Counted from the stretch's first letter, positions 27,007 through 40,900 are shown. The stretch is DNA of 64,000 nt from Eledone cirrhosa (GCA_964016885.1 OZ024743.1:44888001-44952000), one strand, 5' to 3'. Notes: generated by a model not told the origin, from the letters alone. Made by a program: numbers and translations.

Positions 27007-27038
<32 letters not shown>

Positions 27039-27055
27039 ATAGAGAGAGAGAGGGG

Positions 27056-27087
<32 letters not shown>

Positions 27088-27089
27088 AA

Positions 27090-27287
27090 GAGTCAACACC
27101 CTAACGGCTGGGCTCCGGCCGTTTCGACGTAGTGTTACTACTGGGTTAGTTCAGATCTGGCTGTCAAAACGGCCGGAGCTCAGCCGTCGAGGCCCTGATT
27201 CTTTTCCTATTACCCACTCTACTCCCCTAAGTATCGAATACTCTGGGGCGTTATGGTCCACTCTGGTTCCTTACCACACTTCCTTTG

Positions 27288-27290
<3 letters not shown>
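27090..27290. mobile_element. Microsatellite-embedded repeat, family P
   Basis: Shares gccgtttcgac and tttcctattacccactctact...ggttccttaccacacttcc with 31838, 32095, 34539 and 50405. Confidence 0.6.
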
Positions 27291-27331
<41 letters not shown>

Positions 27332-27337
27332 GTATAC

Positions 27338-27455
<118 letters not shown>

Positions 27456-28084
27456 GTATATATACATATACATATATACATATATATACATATATACATA
27501 GCGGCGATGAATTAGTTTTGCGAGGTTTTTTATATGAAATCGTGTGTCGAAACAGATATTGTTATATTTGGGGAGGGTCATATTTGCGTAATATTGCCAG
27601 AATTAATAACAGAACACACTCACTGTTTGGTTGGTTTTCGCTTCTCGCTGTCTTTTATATATATATATCTGCGATCTAACTTACTCGGTCCTCAATGTTG
27701 CCATTGACTGACCGGCGGTCAAAAATAATACAGATACAATATAGACAAACACATATATATATAGTTTACATAATTTACATAAATCTTTCGTTGCACATCT
27801 GCAACATCGTCAGTGGTGTTATATTCATTGTTCCTCCTGTTGTGTTGTATGTCTACGCCATTTTTTTGTTCAGTCTGTCTATATATTTATTTATTTATTT
27901 GCTTGTTTGTTTATCTTATTTTATTTTGTCTTCTTTGCGCATGCGTTTGCGTGTGTGTATAGTGTTATGTGTGATGTGTGACTAGTGTGTATAGTGTTGT
28001 GTCTGCTGGGTGACTAGTGTGTGTTTATGTGCTTGTGTATGTATTTATTTATCTTATTTTATTTAATTTAATTTACTTATTTAT

Positions 28085-28749
28085 TTATACTTCTCTTAGG
28101 TCAGTGTTGTTTGTTTGGGTGTTGTTGTTGTTCCACTCATTCTTTCTGTTTAGCTTTGGTCTTCTAATTTCTATTTCACTGGCCTCTCTGATTTGCCTAT
28201 CTGCTGGGTCATTCCTATGTTTAGATATTATTCTAATTTCTATGTTGTCTATGTTACCGTCATGTTGTTGTCTAGCATGTTCGTATAGTACTGACCCGTT
28301 TTTTCGTCCTTTTAGTTCCCCCCAGTGTTGGTCTATCCTTTCACCTATGCTACGAGCTGTCTCACCTATGTATGTTGTTGTCGTGTTTCTGCAAGTACCC
28401 TCTGTACATCTTATGCTATAGACTACGTTTCTAGTTTTACAGTTTATCCGGGGGTTCACCTTACATATGATACATTTCCTATTGGTACAGTGGGTTTTCT
28501 TAAAAGGGTAGGTTTTGCTGATCAGGGATTTTATGGTGGTTCCTGGCTTTTCTACCACCTTTATTTTTAAGTGGGTCTTTCTCAGGGCCTTTCTACACTG
28601 GTTAGCTAATTTCCCTCCAGGGGTGGCGTCCACAAACATGACACTCTGATATCTCTGGTTGTCGTACCATGATGTGGCCTTCCCTATCTTATGTCTAGCC
28701 CTATCTAAGCTATTCCATGATTTGCTCCTGTATAGTGGGCAAATTCCTT
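28085..28749 (-). CDS. Inverted copy of the Penelope GIY-YIG coding fragment
   Basis: ORF 28085-28639 is identical in protein to the C-terminal part of 28757-29458. Confidence 0.8.
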
Positions 28750-28756
28750 AGGAGCC

Positions 28757-29458
28757 ATGGAAAAGTATAAGACCCTCATAGAACTGGACATGAAAGGAAT
28801 TTGCCCACTATACAGGAGCAAATCATGGAATAGCTTAGATAGGGCTAGACATAAGATAGGGAAGGCCACATCATGGTACGACAACCAGAGATATCAGAGT
28901 GTCATGTTTGTGGACGCCACCCCTGGAGGGAAATTAGCTAACCAGTGTAGAAAGGCCCTGAGAAAGACCCACTTAAAAATAAAGGTGGTAGAAAAGCCAG
29001 GAACCACCATAAAATCCCTGATCAGCAAAACCTACCCTTTTAAGAAAACCCACTGTACCAATAGGAAATGTATCATATGTAAGGTGAACCCCCGGATAAA
29101 CTGTAAAACTAGAAACGTAGTCTATAGCATAAGATGTACAGAGGGTACTTGCAGAAACACGACAACAACATACATAGGTGAGACAGCTCGTAGCATAGGT
29201 GAAAGGATAGACCAACACTGGGGGGAACTAAAAGGACGAAAAAACGGGTCAGTACTATACGAACATGCTAGACAACAACATGACGGTAACATAGACAACA
29301 TAGAAATTAGAATAATATCTAAACATAGGAATGACCCAGCAGATAGGCAAATCAGAGAGGCCAGTGAAATAGAAATTAGAAGACCAAAGCTAAACAGAAA
29401 GAATGAGTGGAACAACAACAACACCCAAACAAACAACACTGACCTAAGAGAAGTATAA
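28757..29458 (+). CDS. Penelope-like element C-terminal region: thumb/linker, Cys-rich zinc motif and GIY-YIG endonuclease (5' truncated)
   Basis: CTNRKCIIC...NCKTRNVVYSIRC...C...YIGETARSIGERIDQH...SVLYEH...RQIREA.EI...LN. Confidence 0.85.
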   Translation: MEKYKTLIELDMKGICPLYRSKSWNSLDRARHKIGKATSWYDNQRYQSVMFVDATPGGKLANQCRKALRKTHLKIKVVEKPGTTIKSLISKTYPFKKTHCTNRKCIICKVNPRINCKTRNVVYSIRCTEGTCRNTTTTYIGETARSIGERIDQHWGELKGRKNGSVLYEHARQQHDGNIDNIEIRIISKHRNDPADRQIREASEIEIRRPKLNRKNEWNNNNTQTNNTDLREV

Positions 29459-29723
29459 ATAAATAAGTAAATTAAATTAAATAAAATAAGATAAATAAAT
29501 ACATACACAAGCACATAAACACACACTAGTCACCCAGCAGACACAACACTATACACACTAGTCACACATCACACATAACACTATACACACACGCAAACGC
29601 ATGCGCAAAGAAGACAAAATAAAATAAGATAAACAAACAAGCAAATAAATAAATAAATATATAGACAGACTGAACAAAAAAATGGCGTAGACATACAACA
29701 CAACAGGAGGAACAATGAATATA

Positions 29724-29770
29724 ACACCACTGACGATGTTGCAGATGTGCAACGAAAGATTTATGTAAAT
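29724..29770 (+). ncRNA. Hammerhead motif in the PLE pseudo-LTR (mirror copy at 27773-27819, minus strand)
   Basis: ca-CTGACGA-t-gttgca(gatg)tgcaac-GAAA-gatt-TA-tg. Stem II is 6 bp and stem I is weak. Confidence 0.6.
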
Positions 29771-30055
29771 TATGTAAACTATATATATATGTGTTTGTCT
29801 ATATTGTATCTGTATTATTTTTGACCGCCGGTCAGTCAATGGCAACATTGAGGACCGAGTAAGTTAGATCGCAGATATATATATATAAAAGACAGCGAGA
29901 AGCGAAAACCAACCAAACAGTGAGTGTGTTCTGTTATTAATTCTGGCAATATTACGCAAATATGACCCTCCCCAAATATAACAACATATATACATATATA
30001 TACATATATACATATATATACATATATATATACATATATACATATACATATGTAC

Positions 30056-30106
<51 letters not shown>

Positions 30107-30107
30107 C

Positions 30108-30236
<129 letters not shown>

Positions 30237-31799
30237 ATATATATATATATGTGTGTGTGTGTATGCATGTATACATACATGTATATATTGAAATTTATGC
30301 GCGCCTATCCAGACGAAACAGATAAATAATGGTAAATTATATGTCGAGGGCTTTAGAAATAACAGCGATATCCATTGCACACAATATAAAGTTAATAATC
30401 ATCCTATTTTTATGAATGGAATTCTGATTACTCTCTGTAATGATCGCTCGTCTCCGTAGAGGTTTCGCTTATAATTACTTTACTTAAGATTTAGTAGGAA
30501 TTATTATCATACCATACTAGCATATTTACTACGATTTTATTTTTTTATTTTTTATTTTCCGTATGAATATTAGTATCACCACTCTCATCAGAATAGTTTT
30601 TATCACTGTCTTCTATCAATGGCTGAAATACGCAGTTTTGTCGAAAAAATACTATCTAGCTATTTTAGTGGAAATATCCTGCCCCAACAACAAAATTTGT
30701 CTTGCTTTTATTATCTTACGTTGTTCAGAAAATATATTCACCAATCTACTTTTCAGTGATAGTATCATACCTTAATCGGTGTTTATTGCCAAAGGTTCAA
30801 CTGGCGTCCATTTTGATCTCCCATGGCGTATGGAGGTTGAGAGAGAGTTGTAGTGCGGTAGAGCGGTGGAACAGTGTGGCGGCGAGTGAAGAAGAAAAGA
30901 AAAGGCAATGGGCAATAGAAAAACGATAAAAGAAAGCAGGCTACCACTAATATTAAGTCGTTGATTGCATTGGTGTACGGTAAAGTAATGTTTGATCTTC
31001 TGACTAACAAAATTTTGAACATCATTTAAGTTTAAGCGAAATATCAATATATATGCTAATTCGGAAACCTTTTTCAAATGACTACCCTAATTATTTTGAT
31101 GGAAATTTTGTTTGTTTTCATGCATTCTTCTCTCTATTCCCCTCTTTCTCTTCTACCTCATCTCATCTCTATCTATCTATCTTCTCTCTCTATCTCTCTC
31201 TTACTCTCTATGAGGTTGTTTTCATCAGTGGCTAGGGAAATATGTATTGTATAATAATAATTGAAGAAATAAAATGAAATATTCAGGAGTTTTATTCAGT
31301 ATTTGGCGGTTGCAAAATTATTCATCCAATGAAATATCGTAGAAAATAGAAAAATTGGAAATCTTCAATGCAAGATTAAATGACAAGATATTGGCTATGA
31401 AATATGATTTGATTAAAAGAAATCAAACAAATAACAAGTCCAAATTGAGAAAAAACAATTTCGTCTAAAGGATTTATTCTGTCAAATTACTACGGAATTT
31501 TTCCTTACATGGAATCATTGCAACCCAGGACTATATCGTTGCTGATGAGATAAATGCCATTTAAAAGTTTTAAAGACTACATACCAAGTTTCTTTGATTT
31601 CATATCAAATATATCCAATACATTACTTAGCATCTTTTTAAAAAGCTCTATTTATTTATTCTTATATATATTTATTTATTTTTCAGTCAATCAGTTTATT
31701 TTTCTTGCCATCTGTAAACTATAAATAGGTACATTATGAAATATATGAGATGAACTTACACATAGACACATATATCTTTAAACTACATTCACAGCCATG

Positions 31800-31835
<36 letters not shown>

Positions 31836-31837
31836 AA

Positions 31838-31953
31838 AAAGTATGACCCCGACGGCAGAGCTCAAGCCGTTTCGACGGCTATTTCTGGACTCAAATTTCA
31901 GTCCAGAAATAGCCGTCGAAACGTCTTGAGCTCTGCCGTCGGGGTCATACTTT
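31838..31953. repeat. Near-perfect palindrome with 54-bp arms (family P) between TA tracts
   Basis: aaagtatgaccccgacggcagagctcaag... and its reverse complement, with 1 mismatch in the arms. Confidence 0.9.
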
Positions 31954-31957
31954 ATAT

Positions 31958-32593
<636 letters not shown>

Positions 32594-32598
<5 letters not shown>

Positions 32599-32803
32599 GA
32601 TAACGAGGAATCAGTAATGCATCAAAACACAATTTTTTTTTCAATTGGAGGGAATGTTTTGAAAATACAAAACATATCTGAGGAACTTGCGAATGCAGAG
32701 ACGGGTTCGATCTGTAACAGATCCTGCCTTGAGCTGATCGACGGAGAAAGATATGTAAAATGTTAATAAATTGTGTTTTGATGCATTACTGATTCCTCGT
32801 TTT

Positions 32804-32810
<7 letters not shown>
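32594..32810. repeat. Inverted ~42-bp arms with a ~130-bp spacer
   Basis: aacgaggaatcagtaatgcatcaaaacacaattt / aaattgtgttttgatgcattactgattcctcgtt. Confidence 0.8.
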
Positions 32811-32870
<60 letters not shown>

Positions 32871-33134
32871 GGAAAAAATGAAACGAAATTTCATTTCCCA
32901 CTCTTAGTGCGGCTGTTACTTAAATATAAGTATGTATACGTACATACATATATGTATACAGACGTACAGTATTATGTATATATATATACATTCATGCACA
33001 CACATATATATATGTACGTATGGATTCACTGAACATTTATTATAATGCTCGGTGTGTTTGTAAACAAACATCTCGTATTAAGCCGCATTGTCTAGCAACC
33101 ACCGTTGCTCGTTTGTTCAACACTGACAAAGGAA

Positions 33135-33175
33135 TGCTGAACTAGTTTCTAGCTTGTTAGCTATCGTCAGCAACG
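33135..33175 (-). ncRNA. Minimal type I hammerhead ribozyme
   Basis: cgttg-CTGACGA-tagct(aaca)agcta-GAAA-ctag-TT-cagca. Confidence 0.75.
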
Positions 33176-33350
33176 ATTATCTTCCTGCCAGATAGTTGAA
33201 CGTCCGAAAGTATATACTTTCCTTATGCATATTAACGGTTGAGTAGCCCAATTTGCATATGGATTCACCAAACATTTATTATAACATTTATTAATATGCA
33301 TAAGGAAAGTATATTCTTTCGGACGTTCAACTGTCTGGCAGGAAGGTATA

Positions 33351-33391
33351 CGTTGCTGACGATAGCTAACAAGCTTGAAACTAGTGCAGCG
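33351..33391 (+). ncRNA. Minimal hammerhead with a GUG cleavage triplet (predicted inactive)
   Basis: cgttg-CTGACGA-tagctaacaagctt-GAAA-ctag-TG-cagcg. Confidence 0.65.
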
Positions 33392-33778
33392 TTCCTTTGT
33401 CAGTGTTGAACAAACGAGCAACGGTGGTTGCTACACACTACGGCTTAATACTGGATGTTTGTTTACAAACACACCGAGCATTATAATAAATGTTTGGTGA
33501 ATCCATACGTATATATATATATGTGTGCATGTATGTATATATATATACATACTACTGTACGTCTGTATACATATATGTATGTACGTATACATACTTATAT
33601 TTAAGTAACAGCCGTACTAAGAGTGGGAAATGAAATTTCGTTTCATTTTATCTGTTTATCGTTTTCGGTGCACCCGGCCGATTAACCCACTCGATATGCA
33701 AATTGGGCTACTCAGCCGTTAATATGCATAAGGATAGTATATACTTTCGGACGTTCAACTATCTGGCAGGAAGGTATA

Positions 33779-33819
33779 CGTTGCTGACGATAGCTAACAA
33801 GCTTGAAACTAGTACAGCG
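33779..33819 (+). ncRNA. Minimal type I hammerhead ribozyme (GUA)
   Basis: cgttg-CTGACGA-tagctaacaagctt-GAAA-ctag-TA-cagcg, with palindromic stem III actagt. Confidence 0.8.
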
Positions 33820-34206
33820 TTCCTTCGTCAGTGTTGAACAAACGAGCAACAGTGGTTGCAAGACACCACGGCTTAATACGGGATGTTTGTTTACAAACAC
33901 ACCGAGCATTATAATAAATGTTTGGTGAATCCATACGTACATATATATATGTGTGCATGTATGTATATATATATACATACTACTGTACGTCTGTATACAT
34001 ATATGTATGTACGTATACATACTTATATTTAAGTAACAGCCGTACTAAGAGTGGGAAATGAAATTTCGTTTCATTTTATCCATTTATCGTTTTCGGTGCA
34101 CCCGGCCGATTAACCCACTCGATATGCAAATTGGGCTACTCAGCCGTTAATATGCATAAGGATAGTATATACTTTCGGACGTTCAACTATCTGGCAGGAA
34201 GGTATA

Positions 34207-34247
34207 CGTTGCTGACGATAGCTAACAAGCTTGAAACTAGTACAGCG
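34207..34247 (+). ncRNA. Minimal type I hammerhead ribozyme (GUA)
   Basis: Identical to 33779-33819. Confidence 0.8.
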
Positions 34248-34451
34248 TTCCTTCGTCAGTGTTGAACAAACGAGCAACGGTGGTTGCAAGACACCACGGC
34301 TTAATACGGGATGTTTGTTTACAAACACACCGAGCATTATAATAAATGTTTGGTGAATCCATACGTACATATATATATGTGTGTGCATGTATGTATATAT
34401 ATATACATACTACTTTACGTCTGTATACATATATGTATGTACGTATACATA

Positions 34452-34538
<87 letters not shown>

Positions 34539-34539
<1 letters not shown>

Positions 34540-34791
34540 ATAACGAAGAAGGTAGGGTAAGGAACCAGATGGACCTAACCGGTTCAGGGTACTCAATACT
34601 TAGGGTAGTAGAGTGGGTAATAGGAAATTATTTAACCGCGACGGCATAGTTCAAGCCGTCTCGACGGCTATTTCAGAAATAGCCGTCGAAACGGCTTGAG
34701 CTCTGCCTTCGGGGTTAAACATTTTCCTATTATCCACTCTACTACCTTAAGTATTGAGTTCTCTGGTTCTTTACAACACTTCCTTCGTTAT
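34539..34791. repeat. Imperfect ~250-bp palindrome of family P between TA tracts
   Basis: Centre aagccgtctcgacggctatttcagaaatagccgtcgaaacggctt, with outer arms gtagagtgggtaataggaaa / tttcctattatccactctac. Confidence 0.8.
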
Positions 34792-35471
34792 ATATATATA
34801 TATATATATATATACTGGTTTATTTTATTATTGCTGCAATAATTTCGTCGTTTATTCCGATACATATACACAAATATACACATATACACATACACATCAC
34901 ATACACAGACGAGGCATACATCCACATACATCCACACATTAATTTCTATATGTGTATGTATGAACGTACTCTTAAGGTGAATTGCAGTGGAGTAGTTGAA
35001 GATTGTAATTCCATCATTGGCATGGCTCGGTAATCATTTCTTGAATCAGTTGATGGTGCTGTTCAAAGGGTCGTGATAAATAAGACACAGGCCTTTAAGA
35101 AAAGTTAGAAAACTAGTCGGAGGTAAAGCAAAATTACTTTATTTTATCTTGCGTGTATGGACCCGTAAATCCTAAAAATGTCGTATGGGTGAGGTGTTGA
35201 CATATGGCGTTTCTAGGGCAGTTTTATAAACCTGGTTAAGCCCATCTCCTTCAATGCCTAAATTATATACCATTATTTTAAAAGGTGAACCATTTGAGGG
35301 GAAAGAAAAGTCTATCAAATCGACTCAAATACCTGAGTGCTACTATATTTTATCGATCCCCAAAAGGAGGATGGCAAAGTTTACCTCAGTGAGATTTCAA
35401 ATTAGAAAGTAGAGGCACGTAATTAAATTCTACAAATTATTTGTCAAACTCTCTAAACTTTCTGCTAGGTC

Positions 35472-35652
35472 GATTGGCAGTATCGGTAGAGGGTCTGACG
35501 CCATGCTTTGCCGCAAAGAGTTACGGCCCTTTATGATCTGAGTTCAATTCCTGCCGAGGTTAACTTTGCCTTTCATCCTTACGGGGTCGGTAAAATAAAG
35601 TACCAGTAATACACTGGGATAATTGCTGGCCTTGTGCCAAACGTAGAAACAT
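35472..35652 (+). mobile_element. tRNA-derived SINE, family A
   Basis: A/B boxes and central domain. A degenerate minus-strand copy lies at about 35295-35470. Confidence 0.9.
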
Positions 35653-35919
35653 TTTATTGTATGTTGCAACAGAAAAGTTAATTTCCACAAATTTTAACGA
35701 TTCAGCCACAGTTTCAATACATTTATAATGGGGATAACGACAATGGAATGTCTCTATCTCAATTCAGAACTCATAATTTATTTCAAAGAGTATCGAGCTT
35801 TAGGGTTTATTACTGATATTTGCAACTTTCACTTATATAGATTTGGGTAAATTAGATGCAGCATACATGCATACATACATCCACCCATCCATCCATCTAT
35901 ACATACAATACATACACAC

Positions 35920-36440
35920 ATGATGGCTGCAAACTCTGCTAAGAGTACTGCAATTGCTTGGAGGATTCTAGAGTTTGGTGCACTTTTAGGCTACGGCCAG
36001 TCACACAAACCTGTAACATTCCTGAACAAGCAATGCCTGTGCTTTGAATATTTTTTAGGTGGGGAAAGGCCTTGCACTCGACCAATCCGACTCTTTGAGC
36101 ATCGAAAACACTACCCGAAAAGGAGGACTGGTCAACATCACCGGATGCTTCCGAAGCCGCAGGTTTTTTTCAGAGTTTCCCTCTCCTAGAAAGGTGTTGT
36201 GACAACAAATGGCGGACTTTCACTCCCAGGTGAAAAAAAAAAGTACTATTTAGATGGCCGTTGACTCTGATGAGTTCCTCCCCCTTTGCCTGGTCTTGTA
36301 TTTCATCCTGCAGGGTGTCCGAATATCACCCTCCTCACCAAGCAAGTTTGATGGGGTTGCCGGTTTAGTCGCGGACGACCCGACGATGAGACAGGTTGTA
36401 CTGGGTTACATGTTACTAGTAGCACTCGAGAGTGACCTGA
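35920..36440. mobile_element. Unclassified GC-richer insertion in (CATA)n, possibly a LINE UTR fragment
   Basis: Sharp composition change, with CATA repeats on both sides. No recognisable protein motif. Confidence 0.3.
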
Positions 36441-38027
36441 CATACATACATGCATACATAAACACATATACACTTGAAGACACACCTACATACATATATA
36501 CATACAAACATAGAAGACATGACGTAGAATACTGCAAAAGAGGTATTTTGCAAATGTGTATGTAAGAGATTGATATCTGTAGATGTTTTTCTGTGAGTAC
36601 ACCTACAATTTCATATGATTAAGGCAGCCTGTTTTCGTTAATTCTCGGATCAATAAAGTAAAGTACGATGTTGAATACTGATGTTGATATAATCGATTTA
36701 TCCACACTCTGAAACTGCTGGGATTGTGCCTAAAATAGAAACCGATTTTAATAATCAGTTTTTCTCATAGTGGGGGAATTTGGATAGGCAGAACTGTGTG
36801 ACAAATCTTCTTATGAATTGAAATTGTGATTCAAACCTTCAGCCTTGTCACACATTGTGTCATACTGATTTGTTCTGTGTTAGGGGCACTGGTATATGTG
36901 GCATATTCAAACACGTACATCTTAATTCATGGGCTGTACGTTAGGTTAATCGTTGATGTGAAAACTGAATGTTCATCCTCGATAATAATGGTGACCCCAT
37001 CATCATCAGATATATTATGAGGTCTTAATGTCTATACATTGTATGCTTATTTCTTTATTTTTTATATATTTTTTTAATATTTTGACCAATGTAGAAGTAT
37101 TTCCTTGGTTTTCTATTTTTTCTGTTTTTATCATTGAACCTTTATCGATGTAATTTTTACCCATTTGCTTTAGACGTTCATTATCTGATTGTTTCAAATT
37201 ACGATACTTCTCCTGTTACTAGATTTCCCTCGTTTTATGTTATCTTGCCTCTTTATTTTTTCACCTTTATCGAAGTATTCAACTGATAACTATATGATGG
37301 AATAGAGAAAGAAAAAAACAATGAATGTGCTTTACTTATAGTTCCTGTCCAGTTATTTCAGCTCTGCGAATAGAATTGATGAGGAAATCGATAGAAGATA
37401 ACAACATTGTTCTTCTCTTATTAACAAGTGTATTCGTCCAGAAACATGTCTAATCAAATCTAAAACAAAAGAAAATGACGACTAGATTGATGAAATGTAG
37501 TTGTAAACACAATCAAAGAATATGCATGATCTGCACTTCAAAAGTAGAGCAAATATAACAAGCGAAACAATAGCTACCGCCATTTTTAAAACGTTTACAT
37601 TTCCAAAGTGTTTGTGCTTTGATGTGGAACATTTTTCTTTACGATAACTTCAATTCAGTGAATTAGTGACACAAACAAATCGATTAAACGTGGTCATTAC
37701 AAAATATAAAATCTATAATATCGAAAGATGATTGCAGAGTAATTGTTTTAAAATTTATGAAAATCGAACTATTACAAATTATCTTTTTTTTTTCGAAAGT
37801 TAAAGAAGGAAAATTGGAAATATTTTATATCAACTTTCAAGATTTCAAAGCAATTTTACCAGCTGATATTAATTTGTGAGAAAATGTCTGGAAAGATATT
37901 ACGCTTGTTAAAAATGTTCTTGGAAGTTCATTCAGTGGAGAGTATTTTATGTACTTGCCAAAATTATACAATGAGTCATAATGTTTATGACTTTTTGTAC
38001 TGTGTGTATACGTGCTTATATATATAT

Positions 38028-38311
38028 ATGTGTGTGTGTTTGTGTGTCTGTGTGTTTGTGTCTGTGTGTGTGTATGTGTGTGTGTCTGTGTGTGTGTCTG
38101 TGTGTGTGTGTGTGTATGTGTGTGTTTGTGTCTGTGTGTGTGTGTGTCTGTGTGTGTGTATGTCTGTGTGTGTGTGTGTGTGTCTATGTGTGTGTCTGTG
38201 TCTGTATGTGTGTGTATGTGTGTGTGTGTATGTGTCTGTGTGTATGTGTCTGTGTGTGTGTGTGAGTGTGTGTGTCTGTGTGTGTCTGTGTATGTCTCTG
38301 TGTGTGTGTGT
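38028..38311. repeat. Compound (GT)n microsatellite
   Basis: Directly visible. Confidence 0.95.
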
Positions 38312-39126
38312 CAGGCGGCACCAAGTTCAAAGCGACCGATGCTGTTACGAGGCCCGTTTCGCGTTGGATTGTATTTCAGAGTTAAGGCGGCTGTATTGTG
38401 CAGAGTGTATATAGAGTAAGTAGAATTGAAGTCAGGGTTGCAGCACACATTCAATGGTTTCGATTTCGATTAGATCAGGGTAAAATCAAAATGATGGGTC
38501 TCGACTCTTCTTCGACATCACGTCAGATATGCGAGTTTATATGTCGTGGTAATACAAATAATAATAAAATGCACCCTGTCGATGAATAAATGGATCATAC
38601 CGAGCTCCTTGGTCTCGCGATTACCACATGGGGGTGGAGGGCGCCATCACACTTATCGACATATAATGAGTAGTACTTTATTCGTAAATAACATTAATTT
38701 GATAAATATCGGGTTTGCTCCCGTACCGTAGTTGATGATGATGATGTTACAGTCGTTGTTGTTGTCGATATTAATACCAATGCACCCGTAGCTACTTTCA
38801 TCAACTTCACAGAAAGAACCTCACCTGACATCTACGGACAAATAGCTGACCTAACAGCATTTGGTTTTAGCCATGATACCAACAGGTGACGATGTCGCTA
38901 CCATTATAGTGTGACGATGATGGTTGTCGTTGACGCTAGTGCCGGTACTTCTTTTAACTACACTTTTCTATGAACAACCCAGACTTTTTCGATCACCACG
39001 TTTTAGGTTTGCTTTCATTGTTACCCCTCTCTATCTCTCTTTCTGTACATTTTACATTTATCCATCAATTAATTTTTTTTTTATTTATTATTATTATTAA
39101 TAATATTATTATTATTATTATTATAA

Positions 39127-39533
39127 GGGCGGCGGATTGGCAGTATCGGTAGAGGGTCGGACAACATGCTTTGAGCACAGAGTTACATCCCTTTACCGAC
39201 TGAGTTCAAATCCCGCCGAGGTTAACTTTGCCTTTCATCCTTACTGTGTCGATAAAATAAAGTACCAGTCACGACTGGGGTCAATTTAATCGACTTTCCC
39301 CTGCCCAAAATTGATGGCCTTGTGCCTATATAAAAAACCATGGTGAATTGGCAGTATCAGTAGCGAGCCGGACACCATGCTTTGCAGCATAGAGTTACGC
39401 GCCTTTGTGGTATGAGTTCAAATCCTACGGAGGTTAACTTTGCCTGTCATCCTTACGGGGTTGATAAAATAAAGCACCAGTAATGTACTGGGGTAATTGC
39501 TGGTCTTGTGCCAAAAATAGAAACAATTATTAT
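39127..39533 (+). mobile_element. Two tandem family A SINEs (long then short variant)
   Basis: Copies at about 39127-39340 and 39341-39533, following an (ATT)n tract. Confidence 0.88.
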
Positions 39534-40269
39534 TGGCGACGAAAGCATAAAACGTACAATTCTGCGATCTAAAACGTTCGTGAATTTAAGTTGTTTAAAT
39601 TGTTATTTTACTCAATTGTTTTGGTTGATATTAGGACATAAAGCACCCGTCATTGTCTCAAATATTTGAACTTTAGTTTTGAAAAAAAATAATTCTATAA
39701 AAAAAAAAACATGGACAGACTACGTCCCATAACGGTCAGATGACAGCAGCTCAACCGTTGAGAGGAGAGACACCACCATCCACCACCACCATTATGAACA
39801 GTAATACCACTGATAACATTGCCGACAACAACAACAACAGTAGCAGCATAGCAGAGGCAACGACTCCCAAAAATGGAAAATAAAATTATAGAGATATTTT
39901 TCCCACTTTTCCACGTCAGTAAAGAATAGTAAATCGGACAAAACAATAAACAACAACAACTGCATTGCAAAGACAACCACACCTACAACAACAACAACAA
40001 CGAAACATGTGACAGAAACAAATAAAAATAATAGCAACACACACAACAACAGTAGCAACAGTTACAACACCAGCACCAGCAACAGCACCACCAGGAGCAA
40101 CAGCAGAGACAGCAGAGACAGCAGTAACAGCGGCGATGGCAACAACAGCAGCACCAGCAACAATAACAACAACAGAAGAAGAAGAAGAAATATCAACAGT
40201 CACAGCAGCAGCACAAGCACCACCACCACCAACAACAACCACAGAAGAAATATCAACAGTCACAGCAGT

Positions 40270-40900
40270 AGCAGCTGGTGATGCGGCCGCAAAAGCAAAC
40301 GTCTCCTTCTCGAGAGTTGCCAACAAAAACAAAAAGGTCTCCGTGAGCGACGACGGGTTGAAGAAGACGAAGCTGGTGGTTAAAAAATGGCCACAGAGTC
40401 AGTTTCACTCCTCCGTCTAATGTCATGGAAAACTGACGTCTTTGTACGGTGTCATACCATAAAACTGATATAAAAACATGCCGGGTGGAGTAGGCGTCCG
40501 GGTCCCAAATACAAAAGGCTTTGGGTACCATGTGGGTACAAAAAACACACATGACACACGGAAGAAAATATGGGACTGTGGACGTTTTGTTTGCCACCCC
40601 ACAGGAAGCCAAGGTTTAATCCTTTACACTACTGAAGAGCGATGAGCGCACTTTGGTGCCAAGTTACTGCAGTCAAAAACCGGCCAAAATCAGGGTGACG
40701 CAAGTTCCGCCCGAAATAGCGGCTGATGACGTTAACAATATGAGTACAACAATATTGGAAACAAAAAGAATGAAGCCGGAAAACTGGTCCGGATCAGGAA
40801 TGGAGCTACTGATCCAAACGGACCAGAAAAATATCGAATTCATCCCAAACAAACAAAAGCAAGGACGAGGCCCCCTCTCCTTCCCATGCCGGTTCCCGGC
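40270..40900 (+). pseudogene. Probable non-LTR retrotransposon ORF1 (RRM-like) relic after a CAA/CAG-rich tract
   Basis: VSFSRVANK, then in one frame GRKYGTVDVLFATPQEAKV*...PAKIRVTQVPPEIAADDV, resembling Tx1/L1 ORF1 RRM motifs. Confidence 0.45.

Larger units (their letters stand above)
27502..29984. mobile_element. 5'-truncated Penelope-like element with inverted copy (1191-bp arms, 44-bp spacer) inside (TA)n
   Basis: Arms at 27559-28749 / 28794-29984. The mirrored ORFs translate identically. It carries a GIY-YIG domain and a hammerhead motif. Confidence 0.9.
32867..34458. repeat. 428-bp tandem repeat (~2.7 copies from 33291) plus an inverted copy (32867-33260), hammerhead in each unit
   Basis: Units start at 33291, 33719 and 34147. 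The block is flanked on both sides by (TA)n. Confidence 0.9.

Noticed and set aside
33291-34458. CRISPR-like or LTR interpretation of the repeats
   Set aside because: There are no unique spacers or cas genes, and no TG...CA termini, PBS or PPT.
39710-40280. Thr/Ala/Asn-rich mucin-like ORFs
   Set aside because: A CAA/CAG low-complexity tract open in several frames, with no independent coding evidence.
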